Assembly: GCA_964561155.1 (NCBI GenBank)
Contig: CAZLOI010000001.1
Location: 302,759 to 366,758 of the forward strand
Reading direction: 5' to 3'
Source: an uncultured Candidatus Saccharibacteria bacterium
GTDB taxonomy: Bacteria; Patescibacteriota; Dojkabacteria; J137
DNA: 64,000 nucleotides
Position 1 is the stretch's first letter; the number at the start of each line of letters is the position of its first letter. Shown here piece by piece: positions 16,911 to 25,904 of the stretch. Made by a program: the position numbers and the translations under genes. The notes under the pieces are model-generated. The model ran no database searches. It was not told where the DNA came from and was given only the letters and a program-made list of their open reading frames with translations.

Positions 16911-19358
16911 ATGTTTAGCTCAGCCGTAATCGGAAATATTCTTATTGTATTCTTAATACTAGTTCTAGCCGGTGTTATTATCTTCAGCTTGTATTCCTGG
17001 CTCTTGACCGAATTAAAAGAAAGAGTCTTAATGGACAAGTCTTTAAACCTAGTATTCTACGAAGTTAGACTAGCAAGAAACAGCGAAGTAGAGATAAAGG
17101 CTATGGAACAGTTGTTCTCAGGACTAACTGGATTCTCTGAAGATCTTAAAGGAATGAAAGGGTTCATAGGAGCTAGAACTTTTGTAAGTTTTGAACTCGT
17201 CGCATATTATCAAAGTATTAGATTCTACGTAGTTTGTCCTAAAAAGATATCAAGTGTTGTTGATAGATTAATCAACGGAACATACCCTAGTGCTGAGATA
17301 ATGAAAGTTAAAGAGTATAACTTGTTCCCTGATCAGGGAAGTGTTTCATACGCTAGTTTGGAAGTAGACAAGGATTGGAAGATACCATTTCAAACATATG
17401 AAGAACTACCAGTAGATAGTTTGGCTACCCTTACAGATGTAATGAGTAAGCTAGGACCAGGTGAAAGTGCTGCTTTCCAGATTGTAATTGCTCCAGCAGG
17501 AGGAGACTGGATTAAATCATCAAAGGAATATGCAAAGAAGATTAGAGAAGATGCGCAGCCAAAGACTGCAAAGGAAGGAGAGCCTGCACCTAAACCTGCA
17601 AAACAGAAGGTGCCAGATGAGACTCTTTCATTAATTGAACGTAAAGCTGAGAAGAATGGTTTCTATACAGATCTTCGTGTTGTAGTTTGTTCTCCGGACA
17701 AGTTTTCTGCAGACAATCATATGACCAATATATTAAGTACCTTCGATCAGTTCTCAAAGATTGGAGGAAGCAAGCTTAAGAAGACCAAAGACAAGAACAA
17801 ACTAAAGACGATATCTAGAGATTTTATATACAGGCTGCCAAGGAACAAGATGGTTTTGAATGCAACGGAGCTTGCAACACTGTACCATTTCCCAAGCAAG
17901 AGTATTCAGGCTCCACATATTAAATGGTTGTTGTCCAAGAAGCTACCTGCTCCTGACTTCACTACAAATCAGTGGGAGAAGGACTATATGTATATTGGAA
18001 AGAATACTTTCAGAGGATCGGAGAAAGAGATATTCTTAAAACCTGATTCAAGACTTAGACACTTCTATATAATCGGACAAACTGGTTCTGGTAAGTCTGG
18101 TTTCATGCTTTCCATGATGGTTAGAGATATTAAGATGGGACATGGTTGTGCATATATAGACCCACACGGATCAGATGCAGAGAAGATATTGCAGCAGATT
18201 CCACCAGAGAGAATAGAGGATGTGATTGTTTTTGATCCATCAGATATCGAAAGACCTATGGGTCTTAATATGTTGGAATTTAAAACTCCTGCACAGAAGA
18301 CTTTGGTTACCAATGAGATGCTTAATATCTTTGATAGTTTGTATAACCTAAAGGTTACTGGAGGACCTATGTTCGAGCAGTACTTTAGATATGGAATCAT
18401 GCTTTTAACAGAGGATGAGGAATCGGGATCAACTCTTCTAGAGATACCTAAGCTATTCGCGGATGAAGGCTACAGAAACTATAAACTATCTAAGTGTAAG
18501 GATCAGGAAGTTATAGACTTCTGGAGAAAGCAGGCAGAGGCAGCCGGAGGAGAAGCTTCCCTTAAGAATATTGTTCCATACGTTGTTTCAAAGCTTGCTC
18601 CTTTCTTAACTAACGCATATCTAAGACCTATTGTTGCTCAACAGAAATCTACTTTAGATTTCAGAGAGATTATGGACAACAAGAAGATTCTAATTGCAAA
18701 ACTTTCTAAAGGACGTATTGGAGAGATGAATGCAAATCTTCTAGGTATGATCTTAATTGGTAAGTTACTTGTTGGAGCGCTAGAGAGAGACGAGATTCCA
18801 GAGGATGACCGTATTCCTTTCTATCTATACATCGACGAGTTCCAGAACTTCTTAACAGATGGTATCCAGATTATTCTTTCTGAGGCTAGAAAATACAAGC
18901 TTTCCCTAACCATCGCTCACCAGTTCCTTGGTCAACTAACAAGACAGGGTGGAGATACAAAGATTAAGGATGCTGTTTTTGGTAACGTTGGTAACAAGGC
19001 TATTTTCAGAGTTGGAGAGGAGGATTCACCGTTCCTAAGGAAAGTATTGGATGGAGAATTGGAGGAATCAGATCTACAACAGATTGAAAACTTAATGGCT
19101 TTTGTAAAGATTCAGGTTGATGGGAAACCAACTCCTGCTTTTACGCTCACAGCGAGATATGGGGAGTCTCCATACGATATGATGTCAGAACCCAACCCAC
19201 AGCTTTCTAACCTCATTAAGCAGGTCTCTAGGCTCAAATATGGCAAGGATGCATCTCTTGTAGAGAATGAAGTTAAGTTAAGGGGTAGTTTCATTAAAGA
19301 GAAGACAGAGGAAACCAAGAAACCAGGAGGAATGTTTGGTGGGTTCCCAGGATTTTAA
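16911..19358 (+). CDS. T4SS-type P-loop ATPase, VirB4/TrbE/CagE-like (alternatively VirD4/TraG-like), with an N-terminal TM anchor
   Basis: An N-terminal 28-aa hydrophobic helix is followed by a Walker A at about 48% of the length (HFYIIGQTGSGKSG) and a Walker B with downstream Gln about 245 aa later (PFYLYIDEFQNFL…EARKYKLSLTIAHQFLGQL). The size (815 aa) and the Walker A position fit VirB4 better than VirD4. This is a motif-memory assignment; no search was run. Confidence 0.65.
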   Translation: MFSSAVIGNILIVFLILVLAGVIIFSLYSWLLTELKERVLMDKSLNLVFYEVRLARNSEVEIKAMEQLFSGLTGFSEDLKGMKGFIGARTFVSFELVAYYQSIRFYVVCPKKISSVVDRLINGTYPSAEIMKVKEYNLFPDQGSVSYASLEVDKDWKIPFQTYEELPVDSLATLTDVMSKLGPGESAAFQIVIAPAGGDWIKSSKEYAKKIREDAQPKTAKEGEPAPKPAKQKVPDETLSLIERKAEKNGFYTDLRVVVCSPDKFSADNHMTNILSTFDQFSKIGGSKLKKTKDKNKLKTISRDFIYRLPRNKMVLNATELATLYHFPSKSIQAPHIKWLLSKKLPAPDFTTNQWEKDYMYIGKNTFRGSEKEIFLKPDSRLRHFYIIGQTGSGKSGFMLSMMVRDIKMGHGCAYIDPHGSDAEKILQQIPPERIEDVIVFDPSDIERPMGLNMLEFKTPAQKTLVTNEMLNIFDSLYNLKVTGGPMFEQYFRYGIMLLTEDEESGSTLLEIPKLFADEGYRNYKLSKCKDQEVIDFWRKQAEAAGGEASLKNIVPYVVSKLAPFLTNAYLRPIVAQQKSTLDFREIMDNKKILIAKLSKGRIGEMNANLLGMILIGKLLVGALERDEIPEDDRIPFYLYIDEFQNFLTDGIQIILSEARKYKLSLTIAHQFLGQLTRQGGDTKIKDAVFGNVGNKAIFRVGEEDSPFLRKVLDGELEESDLQQIENLMAFVKIQVDGKPTPAFTLTARYGESPYDMMSEPNPQLSNLIKQVSRLKYGKDASLVENEVKLRGSFIKEKTEETKKPGGMFGGFPGF

Positions 19359-19374
19359 TACTTAATTCATACAT

Positions 19375-19950
19375 ATGAACCCCCCGCTAGAATCAACACA
19401 AGAGTTTGATGTTCGGAAAGAACATGAAGACTACAAGAAGTTTTTGCGAGAAGTTGTCTTGGACGCTATTAACAATAGGAAAAAGATTGATATGAGTTTT
19501 GATGAAAAGTTAAGTGAAGAGGATACGAATGAAAGAAAGTCAAAAGCAAGCAGCTTAAAGAACTTGGCTGATGAAGATTTTATTAATTTTGGTGATAGTT
19601 ATTCCTACCAGCCTCATCTTGTTTGTGTAAGAGATTCGCATAACTATGCAGTGCTTATAAAAATAGCAGTTGATATATTGCTTGAAAAAGGTGCTATTGA
19701 CACAAAAGAATTGAGAGATAGTATGGAATACAATCTTGAACATGAGTTCGAACATCATGTACAAGCTTTAGGTAAAGTTAAATTAGAATACTGTCTAGAG
19801 TTCTTTGAGGATATTAAGACACGTCGGTTTAGTATAAGGCCAGGAGTTAGACTGCTCGGGGTGACTACGCTAGGAGTGTATAAGGATATCTTAACTGCAC
19901 CATCAGAGCTTTCCCACGGTGATAAGGAGATAGGGGAAACCATAGGTTAA
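19375..19950 (+). CDS. Hypothetical protein (191 aa)
   Basis: Last ORF before the tRNA/integrase junction; acidic, with no recognisable motif. Confidence 0.45.
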   Translation: MNPPLESTQEFDVRKEHEDYKKFLREVVLDAINNRKKIDMSFDEKLSEEDTNERKSKASSLKNLADEDFINFGDSYSYQPHLVCVRDSHNYAVLIKIAVDILLEKGAIDTKELRDSMEYNLEHEFEHHVQALGKVKLEYCLEFFEDIKTRRFSIRPGVRLLGVTTLGVYKDILTAPSELSHGDKEIGETIG

Positions 19951-19957
19951 TGTTACA

Positions 19958-20031
19958 TAGGCCCAGGTGGACTCGAACCACCGACCCCAGCTTTATAAGA
20001 ACTGTGCTCTAACCACCTGAGCTATGGGCCT
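19958..20031 (-). tRNA. tRNA-Ile with anticodon UAU (decodes AUA)
   Basis: Reverse complement folds as AGGCCCA/TGGGCCT acceptor, D arm GCTC-AGGTGGTTA-GAGC, anticodon stem CAGTT/AGCTG, loop CUUAUAA, T arm GGTGG-TTCGAGT-CCACC, discriminator A; no encoded CCA. The D arm is identical to the ITS tRNA-Ile(GAU). Confidence 0.75.
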
Positions 20032-20082
20032 TTGTCCCGAAATTATATCAAATGGAAGGGGAATATTACATTAAGAAATATA

Positions 20083-20937
20083 TCAGATCTCCTTTAAACC
20101 TCTAAACTCTTTCTCTTTGTATTTCTTTGATAGTAGTTCTAGGTATCTTTCAGTTGTTCCTGGGGATTTGTGTCCTACGATGTGAGATAGGTCACTGATT
20201 GGTACACCGTTAGATAGTTGGAATACGATGAATGCATTCCTGAAATCATTTACAGATGCACTGGATACCTTTGCTCTCTGGAAATATCTGGATAGAGAAG
20301 CTCTAATGTTTCTAATCTCCATTCTTCGATTCTTCTTTGTACAGAACACATACTTCTCTGGATTATTCTCAACAATATATGCCTTAAGTATTCCGTAGAT
20401 CTTGTCACACATAGGAATATCTCTTGCTGGTATGGAATCCTGCTGATTGATGTGAATATTAGGATTCTTACGATCAAAAGTTATATCCAGAACCTGCAGA
20501 TTCGCAAGCTCAGATATCCTAATACCAGTTTGAATCAGTAATTCAAGCATCGTATAGATCTTATCGTTCTCCTTACAAACCTCTCTAATCTTATTAATCT
20601 CTAAAAGACTTAAAGTTCTTGGTTTAGACTGAATATATTTAGGGTGAACAATCTTACCTGAGAAGTCTTCTTCGATGATCTTTCTTTCAGCGAGGAACTT
20701 AACAAAGGTTCGGTATGTATTAATTTTTCTTGCAACGGTCTTAATGGCACTATAGGATTTTTTAATTTCTCGGTATATTTCGTTGTAGTCATCAAGCGAA
20801 AGGGTAACTACTTCTTTGTTTCCGGAGATACTGATTAACTGCTTAATATCAGCAATGTACGCGATGAGGGTTGACTTACTCTTCTTCTTTCTCTTAAGAT
20901 ATTCTTGGAACTGATTTAATGCTGTTTGGTTGTTCAT
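20083..20937 (-). CDS. Tyrosine site-specific recombinase (phage-integrase/Xer family)
   Basis: It has an N-terminal SAM-like core-binding domain. The catalytic motifs are box I RISELANL, …HIVGHKSPGTTERYLEL (the H-x-x-G-H…Y nucleophile region), and RNAFIVFQLSNGVPISDL. It lies immediately 5' of tRNA-Ile(UAU) on the same strand. Confidence 0.85.
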   Translation of the reverse strand: MNNQTALNQFQEYLKRKKKSKSTLIAYIADIKQLISISGNKEVVTLSLDDYNEIYREIKKSYSAIKTVARKINTYRTFVKFLAERKIIEEDFSGKIVHPKYIQSKPRTLSLLEINKIREVCKENDKIYTMLELLIQTGIRISELANLQVLDITFDRKNPNIHINQQDSIPARDIPMCDKIYGILKAYIVENNPEKYVFCTKKNRRMEIRNIRASLSRYFQRAKVSSASVNDFRNAFIVFQLSNGVPISDLSHIVGHKSPGTTERYLELLSKKYKEKEFRGLKEI

Positions 20938-20978
20938 CTTATAGTATTTGATCGGTTGATATTATCACATATAAAAAA

Positions 20979-21356
20979 ATGCGGTCAACAACAAAACAAG
21001 AGAATTCTGGGTCATTCATTGGAACCGCTTTGCTGGTAATGCTTTCTATGGTTCTAATAATTAACACTTTACGTGTTGTAGTGAACGGAAGAAATAATTA
21101 TTCCACATATTTGGAAGAACAAAAGAGTTTGGAGAAGATTCAGGATAGAAATTCAGATCTTCAAGAAGAGAAACAGTATGTAACGAGTGAAGAATATAAG
21201 TTAATTCTTTTAAGAGATGCTGCAAGGCTTGCACAGGGAGGTGAAACCCTTTATCAGATTAAGAGTTCTCCGGTATACCTAGATGAGGAGGTTACGTTAC
21301 TTGATATTACCGAGAAGGACAACTTCTTTGATTGGTGGTTAAAGTTAATATTCTAG
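20979..21356 (+). CDS. Septum-formation initiator family protein (FtsB/DivIC-like): TM plus coiled coil
   Basis: An N-terminal TM (IGTALLVMLSMVLIINTL) and a coiled coil are followed by EEYKLILLRDAARLAQGGETLYQI, which resembles the DivIC/FtsB C-terminal signature. Confidence 0.5.
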   Translation: MRSTTKQENSGSFIGTALLVMLSMVLIINTLRVVVNGRNNYSTYLEEQKSLEKIQDRNSDLQEEKQYVTSEEYKLILLRDAARLAQGGETLYQIKSSPVYLDEEVTLLDITEKDNFFDWWLKLIF

Positions 21357-21430
21357 TCCCCTATTTGAAGTACAGGATTGAAGAAGGTTGAAGTTTCACA
21401 CTTAAAATTATATAATACAACACAACTTAC

Positions 21431-21505
<75 letters not shown>

Positions 21506-21508
21506 AAA

Positions 21509-21536
21509 GCCCCTACACGTTTGCAGGGGCTTTTTT
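21509..21536 (+). terminator. Rho-independent terminator after tRNA-fMet
   Basis: GCCCCT-acacgtttgc-AGGGGC hairpin followed by TTTTTT. Confidence 0.65.
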
Positions 21537-21599
21537 GATTTAGATTGTTAGCAAAAAAACACCCCATCTGCTAAAATTGAGAAGCTAAAACGCTTATAT

Positions 21600-21673
21600 G
21601 TCAGAGTAGCTCAGTTGGCTAGAGCACAGGATTCATAAACCTGAGGTCGGCAGTTCGATCCTGCCCTCTGATA
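21600..21673 (+). tRNA. tRNA with CAU anticodon (elongator Met or lysidine-type Ile2)
   Basis: Acceptor GTCAGAG/CTCTGAT (G1:U72), D arm GCTC-AGTTGGCTA-GAGC, anticodon loop UUCAUAA, T arm GGCAG-TTCGATC-CTGCC; no encoded CCA. Confidence 0.8.
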
Positions 21674-21726
21674 TAAATATCACAATGGCTTAGAATATAA
21701 TTAAACCTAACTAACTTCATAAAAAT

Positions 21727-24108
21727 ATGGACAAAACTAAAACACCAGAGAAGAAGAAAGATATTGAGAAAGTAAGGGCAGAAATGTCTAGGAAAGTAAT
21801 GGAGATGAATAAGAAGAATGGTTCGAAAGGATCAACTGTGTTCTCATTTGGATTTGGAAGAAATCCACTAATTGTTTTAGTAGTCTCAATATTATTAATA
21901 TTCTTTATTCTTCAACTCTTCAATAGAGGTGTTGGAACTGGAAATATTGGTATTACAGATACTATCAATGGAATTAAGGAGAACAGATTCTCTCAATTCA
22001 TAGTTCAGAATGATGGAACTGTTCAGGTATATGGAAAGCAGTACTATGTTGTTGCTGACGCAGATACATTGGCTGACTCTCTAAAGGATTCAACTGAATA
22101 CAAGTTTACTGATTCAAGAGTTGGAGGTATTGAAGAGATTACTCTAGATAGACTTATAGAGGAATTAAACGACAACGATCTAATTGCACAGTTACGAAGT
22201 GCTTTAAGTAGAGGTGGAAGCGGTATATCGGAACTTGTTATAGCAGATAACTTTATCCTAGCTTTGAGAAGCGGTGCTCAGTTAGACTTCATTGTTAGAG
22301 GCGCTACAGAAGCAGATATAGAGGCAAAGCTACAGACAAAGAACCTATCTTTGGCTACAATCCCTCAGAAGGTTAGTAAATTAAAGTATCTAGCAAAGAG
22401 TGTAGATAATTCATTGTTTGTTGATACTCTAAATAGCAATGCATTCAGTAATGTAATCTATCTAGAAGAAAATGGACTTGCTTTAGCTAAGCTTAAGACA
22501 AGTACTACTTTCAGGGCAGCAATAGATTGGACTCCAGTTATTTCAACATTCACAACGCTACTACAGCAGGAAGATATTAATCTAAGTGCTACTAACTTCG
22601 AAATCATTACTCAAAATATAAGTGAAGGTATTTCATTTAGCGATATATTAACTCTACTAACTCTTGTTGGATTCGTTGTAATAGCATTCATGCTGTTCAG
22701 AGGTGTTCAGGGAGGAGGAGGAATGGGTATTGCTCAATTTGGTCAGAGTAAGGCAAAGCTTTTCTTTGGATCAAAGATTGATACTACATTTAAGGATGTA
22801 GCTGGTATTGATGAAGCTAGAGATGAGTTGAATGAAGTTGTAGATTTCTTAAGAAATCCTGCAAAGTTTAGAAAGCTAGGTGCAAGAATACCAAAGGGAA
22901 TCCTTATGGTTGGAGCTCCTGGAACTGGAAAAACATTGCTTGCAAGAGCTATTGCTGGAGAAGCAGGTGTTCCATTCTTTCATACATCAGGTTCAGAATT
23001 CGAAGAGATGCTTGTTGGAGCAGGTGCTTCTAGAGTTAGAGATCTATTTACCAAAGCAAAGAAAGCAGCTCCTGCATTAATCTTTATTGATGAAATAGAT
23101 GCTGTTGCAAGAAAGAGAGGTACAAAGGTTCAATCTGGAACTACAGAACAGACGTTGAATCAGATATTGGTTGAGATGGATGGTTTTGAAAAGAACGTTA
23201 ATGTAATAGTATTGGCGGCAACTAACAGACCTGATGTATTAGACCCAGCTATCTTAAGGCCTGGAAGATTCGACAGACAAATTAGAATTGAGCTTCCTGA
23301 TATGCAGGGTAGAAAAGAAATTCTTGCTGTACACGGAGCTAATAAGCCATTTGATGAAACTGTTGATTTGGAAAGAGTAGCTAAGAGAACTGTAGGGTTC
23401 ACTGGAGCAGATCTTGAGAATATCTTAAACGAAGCAGCCATTATTGCTGCAAGAGAAGGAAAGACAAAGGTTTCAGATGATGATATTGATGAAGCTATAT
23501 CTAAGGTTGTATTAGGCCCTGCAAAGAAGTCTAGAAAGAGAACAGAGGCAGAACTTAGCTTGGTTGCATACCACGAAGCAGGACACGCTGTCGTAGCAAA
23601 GATGATTCCTGAGGCTACTCCTGTTGATAGGATTTCTATCATTTCAAGAGGTTCATCTGGAGGAGTAACTATGTTCCTTCCTGAAAAGGATGAATATATT
23701 GTTTCAAAGAGAAAGCTTCTTGCTGAGATTGCAGTATCATTAGGAGGAAGAGCTGCGGAGGAGATTGCATTAGATGATATCTCAACAGGAGCATCTAGCG
23801 ATATTGAAAAGGCTACAAACGTTGCAAAGAGAATGATTCAAAGATTTGGTATGAGTGAAAAGATGGGATTGGTACAGTATGGAGACTTTGAAGAGAATGA
23901 CTATCTTGGATATGCATACTCAAACTCAAAGGAATATTCAGACAAGACAGCGCAGGATATCGATGCAGAAGTTAAGTTGCTGGTAACAGAAGCTTATGAA
24001 AGAGCAAAGAAGATTCTTAACGACAACAGAGAAAAATTGGATTCTGTAGCTAAGGAGTTATTGGAAAAGGAGGTTCTTGGAAAGGAAGACTTCGATAGAT
24101 TGTTCTAG
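21727..24108 (+). CDS. ftsH: ATP-dependent zinc metalloprotease FtsH with an extended ~300-aa extracytoplasmic domain
   Basis: It has two TMs flanking a long ectodomain. The AAA motifs are [27 protein letters not shown], Walker [11 protein letters not shown] and the SRH region. The zinc site is HEAGHAVVA. Confidence 0.95.
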   Translation: MDKTKTPEKKKDIEKVRAEMSRKVMEMNKKNGSKGSTVFSFGFGRNPLIVLVVSILLIFFILQLFNRGVGTGNIGITDTINGIKENRFSQFIVQNDGTVQVYGKQYYVVADADTLADSLKDSTEYKFTDSRVGGIEEITLDRLIEELNDNDLIAQLRSALSRGGSGISELVIADNFILALRSGAQLDFIVRGATEADIEAKLQTKNLSLATIPQKVSKLKYLAKSVDNSLFVDTLNSNAFSNVIYLEENGLALAKLKTSTTFRAAIDWTPVISTFTTLLQQEDINLSATNFEIITQNISEGISFSDILTLLTLVGFVVIAFMLFRGVQGGGGMGIAQFGQSKAKLFFGSKIDTTFKDVAGIDEARDELNEVVDFLRNPAKFRKLGARIPKGILMVGAPGTGKTLLARAIAGEAGVPFFHTSGSEFEEMLVGAGASRVRDLFTKAKKAAPALIFIDEIDAVARKRGTKVQSGTTEQTLNQILVEMDGFEKNVNVIVLAATNRPDVLDPAILRPGRFDRQIRIELPDMQGRKEILAVHGANKPFDETVDLERVAKRTVGFTGADLENILNEAAIIAAREGKTKVSDDDIDEAISKVVLGPAKKSRKRTEAELSLVAYHEAGHAVVAKMIPEATPVDRISIISRGSSGGVTMFLPEKDEYIVSKRKLLAEIAVSLGGRAAEEIALDDISTGASSDIEKATNVAKRMIQRFGMSEKMGLVQYGDFEENDYLGYAYSNSKEYSDKTAQDIDAEVKLLVTEAYERAKKILNDNREKLDSVAKELLEKEVLGKEDFDRLF

Positions 24109-24125
24109 TTAGTTTAGAAACTAAA

Positions 24126-24150
24126 AGGCTCTGGAAACAGAGCCTTTTTT
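24126..24150. terminator. Bidirectional rho-independent terminator between ftsH (+) and the 536-aa gene (-)
   Basis: AGGCTCTG-gaaa-CAGAGCCT hairpin with T-run on the + side and A-run (T on minus) on the other. Confidence 0.6.
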
Positions 24151-24151
24151 G

Positions 24152-25762
24152 TTATCCTTCAATCTCATCATCCTTCACTTCTATCACTTCTGGAGTTTTA
24201 TTTAGTGCAGCTAAGACTCTTGGTTTATAGATTTCAATTGCATGGACAGTATCAATCTCGAACCAACCTACGCTGTTGTATATAAAGTTGTTTATAGCAG
24301 TATGTAGAACTGCAGAGAGCAGTGCATCCATGCCTTCTGGGTCATCATTAAGGCTATAGGTAGAAGCAAGGTTTAGGTAGTTTTTTCTAGCTGCTGTAGC
24401 TAAGTGTGCAAACTCAGCACCAACTTGTTCCCCGTCTTTAAGCAAGTCCATAATGTAGATACCAAACCTAATTGCGGCAGGTACAATGTCTTGTTCTGAA
24501 GTAGGTGCAAATGTGCCTTCTCTAACTAGAAAATATGCAAGAAGATCAAATGATCCACCTATGTTGTGTCCTATCGATAGGTCTTGAATTGTATCTTTAA
24601 GCCGCACATTGTCATAGTTTAGTATTCTAGCCAATTCCTCTTCAGGCGATCCTGTTTGTGTTACTTCTGCCTCTGTTTCTGTAACTCCAAAACCTCTGCT
24701 TACAAATGATCGGTAGATTTTTCTTGCTATTTGTTCTAGAAGAATACGTTGTTGTTCTTCGGAGAGACTAACATACTTATTGTAGAAGGTATCTAGATAT
24801 GATCGGTTAGCTGATCTAACTGATCTTGTAGCAATCTTCCCTTGTGTAATATCGAGTAACATCCAAAGTAAATTTGTTAACTGTTCATTACTCATACTAG
24901 GAAGATCTATATTTGTTTTCAGAGTGGTAACTAGACCTACATATTCGGGAGTTACCTCAAATTGTTCTTGGTTTAGGACGTTGTATAGGTTATTGCCTAG
25001 TTCCTGTAGCATCTCTTGGCTAGCTTCTAGTAGCTCATCTTGGGTAGGAGATTTCTGAGCAAACTTATACGCAAGGAGGTTCAATATATCAAAAACTTTG
25101 ATAAAAAAGGTTGTGCTCTCTACACCAGGAGCAAAGGGAATTGTTCGAAGCTCAGGGAAGTTCAAGTAGTATCTCTCTATATCACTATTTGCTTGTACCC
25201 TTTGCATCTCAAGTATTCGTTGTTCACGAAGTTCATCAAGAACAACATCCTCACTAGCCCTTAATGCTATATTGTTAGCTTCCTTGTGTAATCGGGCTAG
25301 GAAATCCTGGGAATTTCTTTCCTCTGTGTATAGTTTTCCATAGAAATTAGCGTAGGGAAGATCTGCATATATTTTTGCTGCAGCTTTCATAATTATTTCG
25401 ATTAATTCCTGTCTTTGTGTCTCATCAAGGCTGTTTGTAGCTACGATGCTCACGAACAGTGTTTCAATTTCTCCAAGTTCGTTTGAGTCAGCAATGCTTG
25501 GATTTAAATTCAAAGCGCGTAGAGATTTAGCTAATCCCATAAAGAATTCTTTCCCACGTTCCTCATATTTTTCTTCAAGTGTGTCTGCTTTGTAGCGGCC
25601 AAACAAACTTCTTCTTTTATCCCATTCATCATTAGACATTAACTTGCTTTGGTGGAGATTAGCGATGATTGGAGTAATTTGCTTGGTAAAGATTCTAACA
25701 AAAGGTGATCTGTTTCCATCCGTAAATACTAGGCTTTCGATGGATATAGGAGTATCTGACAT
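24152..25762 (-). CDS. Hypothetical protein (536 aa), mostly alpha-helical by composition
   Basis: Long ORF with no paralog in the window and no recognisable catalytic motif. Confidence 0.55.
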   Translation of the reverse strand: MSDTPISIESLVFTDGNRSPFVRIFTKQITPIIANLHQSKLMSNDEWDKRRSLFGRYKADTLEEKYEERGKEFFMGLAKSLRALNLNPSIADSNELGEIETLFVSIVATNSLDETQRQELIEIIMKAAAKIYADLPYANFYGKLYTEERNSQDFLARLHKEANNIALRASEDVVLDELREQRILEMQRVQANSDIERYYLNFPELRTIPFAPGVESTTFFIKVFDILNLLAYKFAQKSPTQDELLEASQEMLQELGNNLYNVLNQEQFEVTPEYVGLVTTLKTNIDLPSMSNEQLTNLLWMLLDITQGKIATRSVRSANRSYLDTFYNKYVSLSEEQQRILLEQIARKIYRSFVSRGFGVTETEAEVTQTGSPEEELARILNYDNVRLKDTIQDLSIGHNIGGSFDLLAYFLVREGTFAPTSEQDIVPAAIRFGIYIMDLLKDGEQVGAEFAHLATAARKNYLNLASTYSLNDDPEGMDALLSAVLHTAINNFIYNSVGWFEIDTVHAIEIYKPRVLAALNKTPEVIEVKDDEIEG

Positions 25763-25904
25763 AAGAGTTAGATAACGTTAATTCTTGGATTATATTCGGA
25801 GGGTTTTCATTCTACAAGAGTGTGAATTATAAAAAGACTATAAGATTAAAACTCTAAAACTTTCGATTTAGCTCATGTTAAACTTACATAGTTAAAAAAA
25901 CAAA

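Noticed and set aside
20083-20937. Calling the recombinase a chromosome-dimer resolvase XerC/XerD rather than an element integrase
   Set aside because: It is not rejected outright. Its size (284 aa) fits Xer, and I cannot see a dif site. Its juxtaposition to a tRNA with a rare anticodon led me to keep the integrase interpretation open rather than commit to either.
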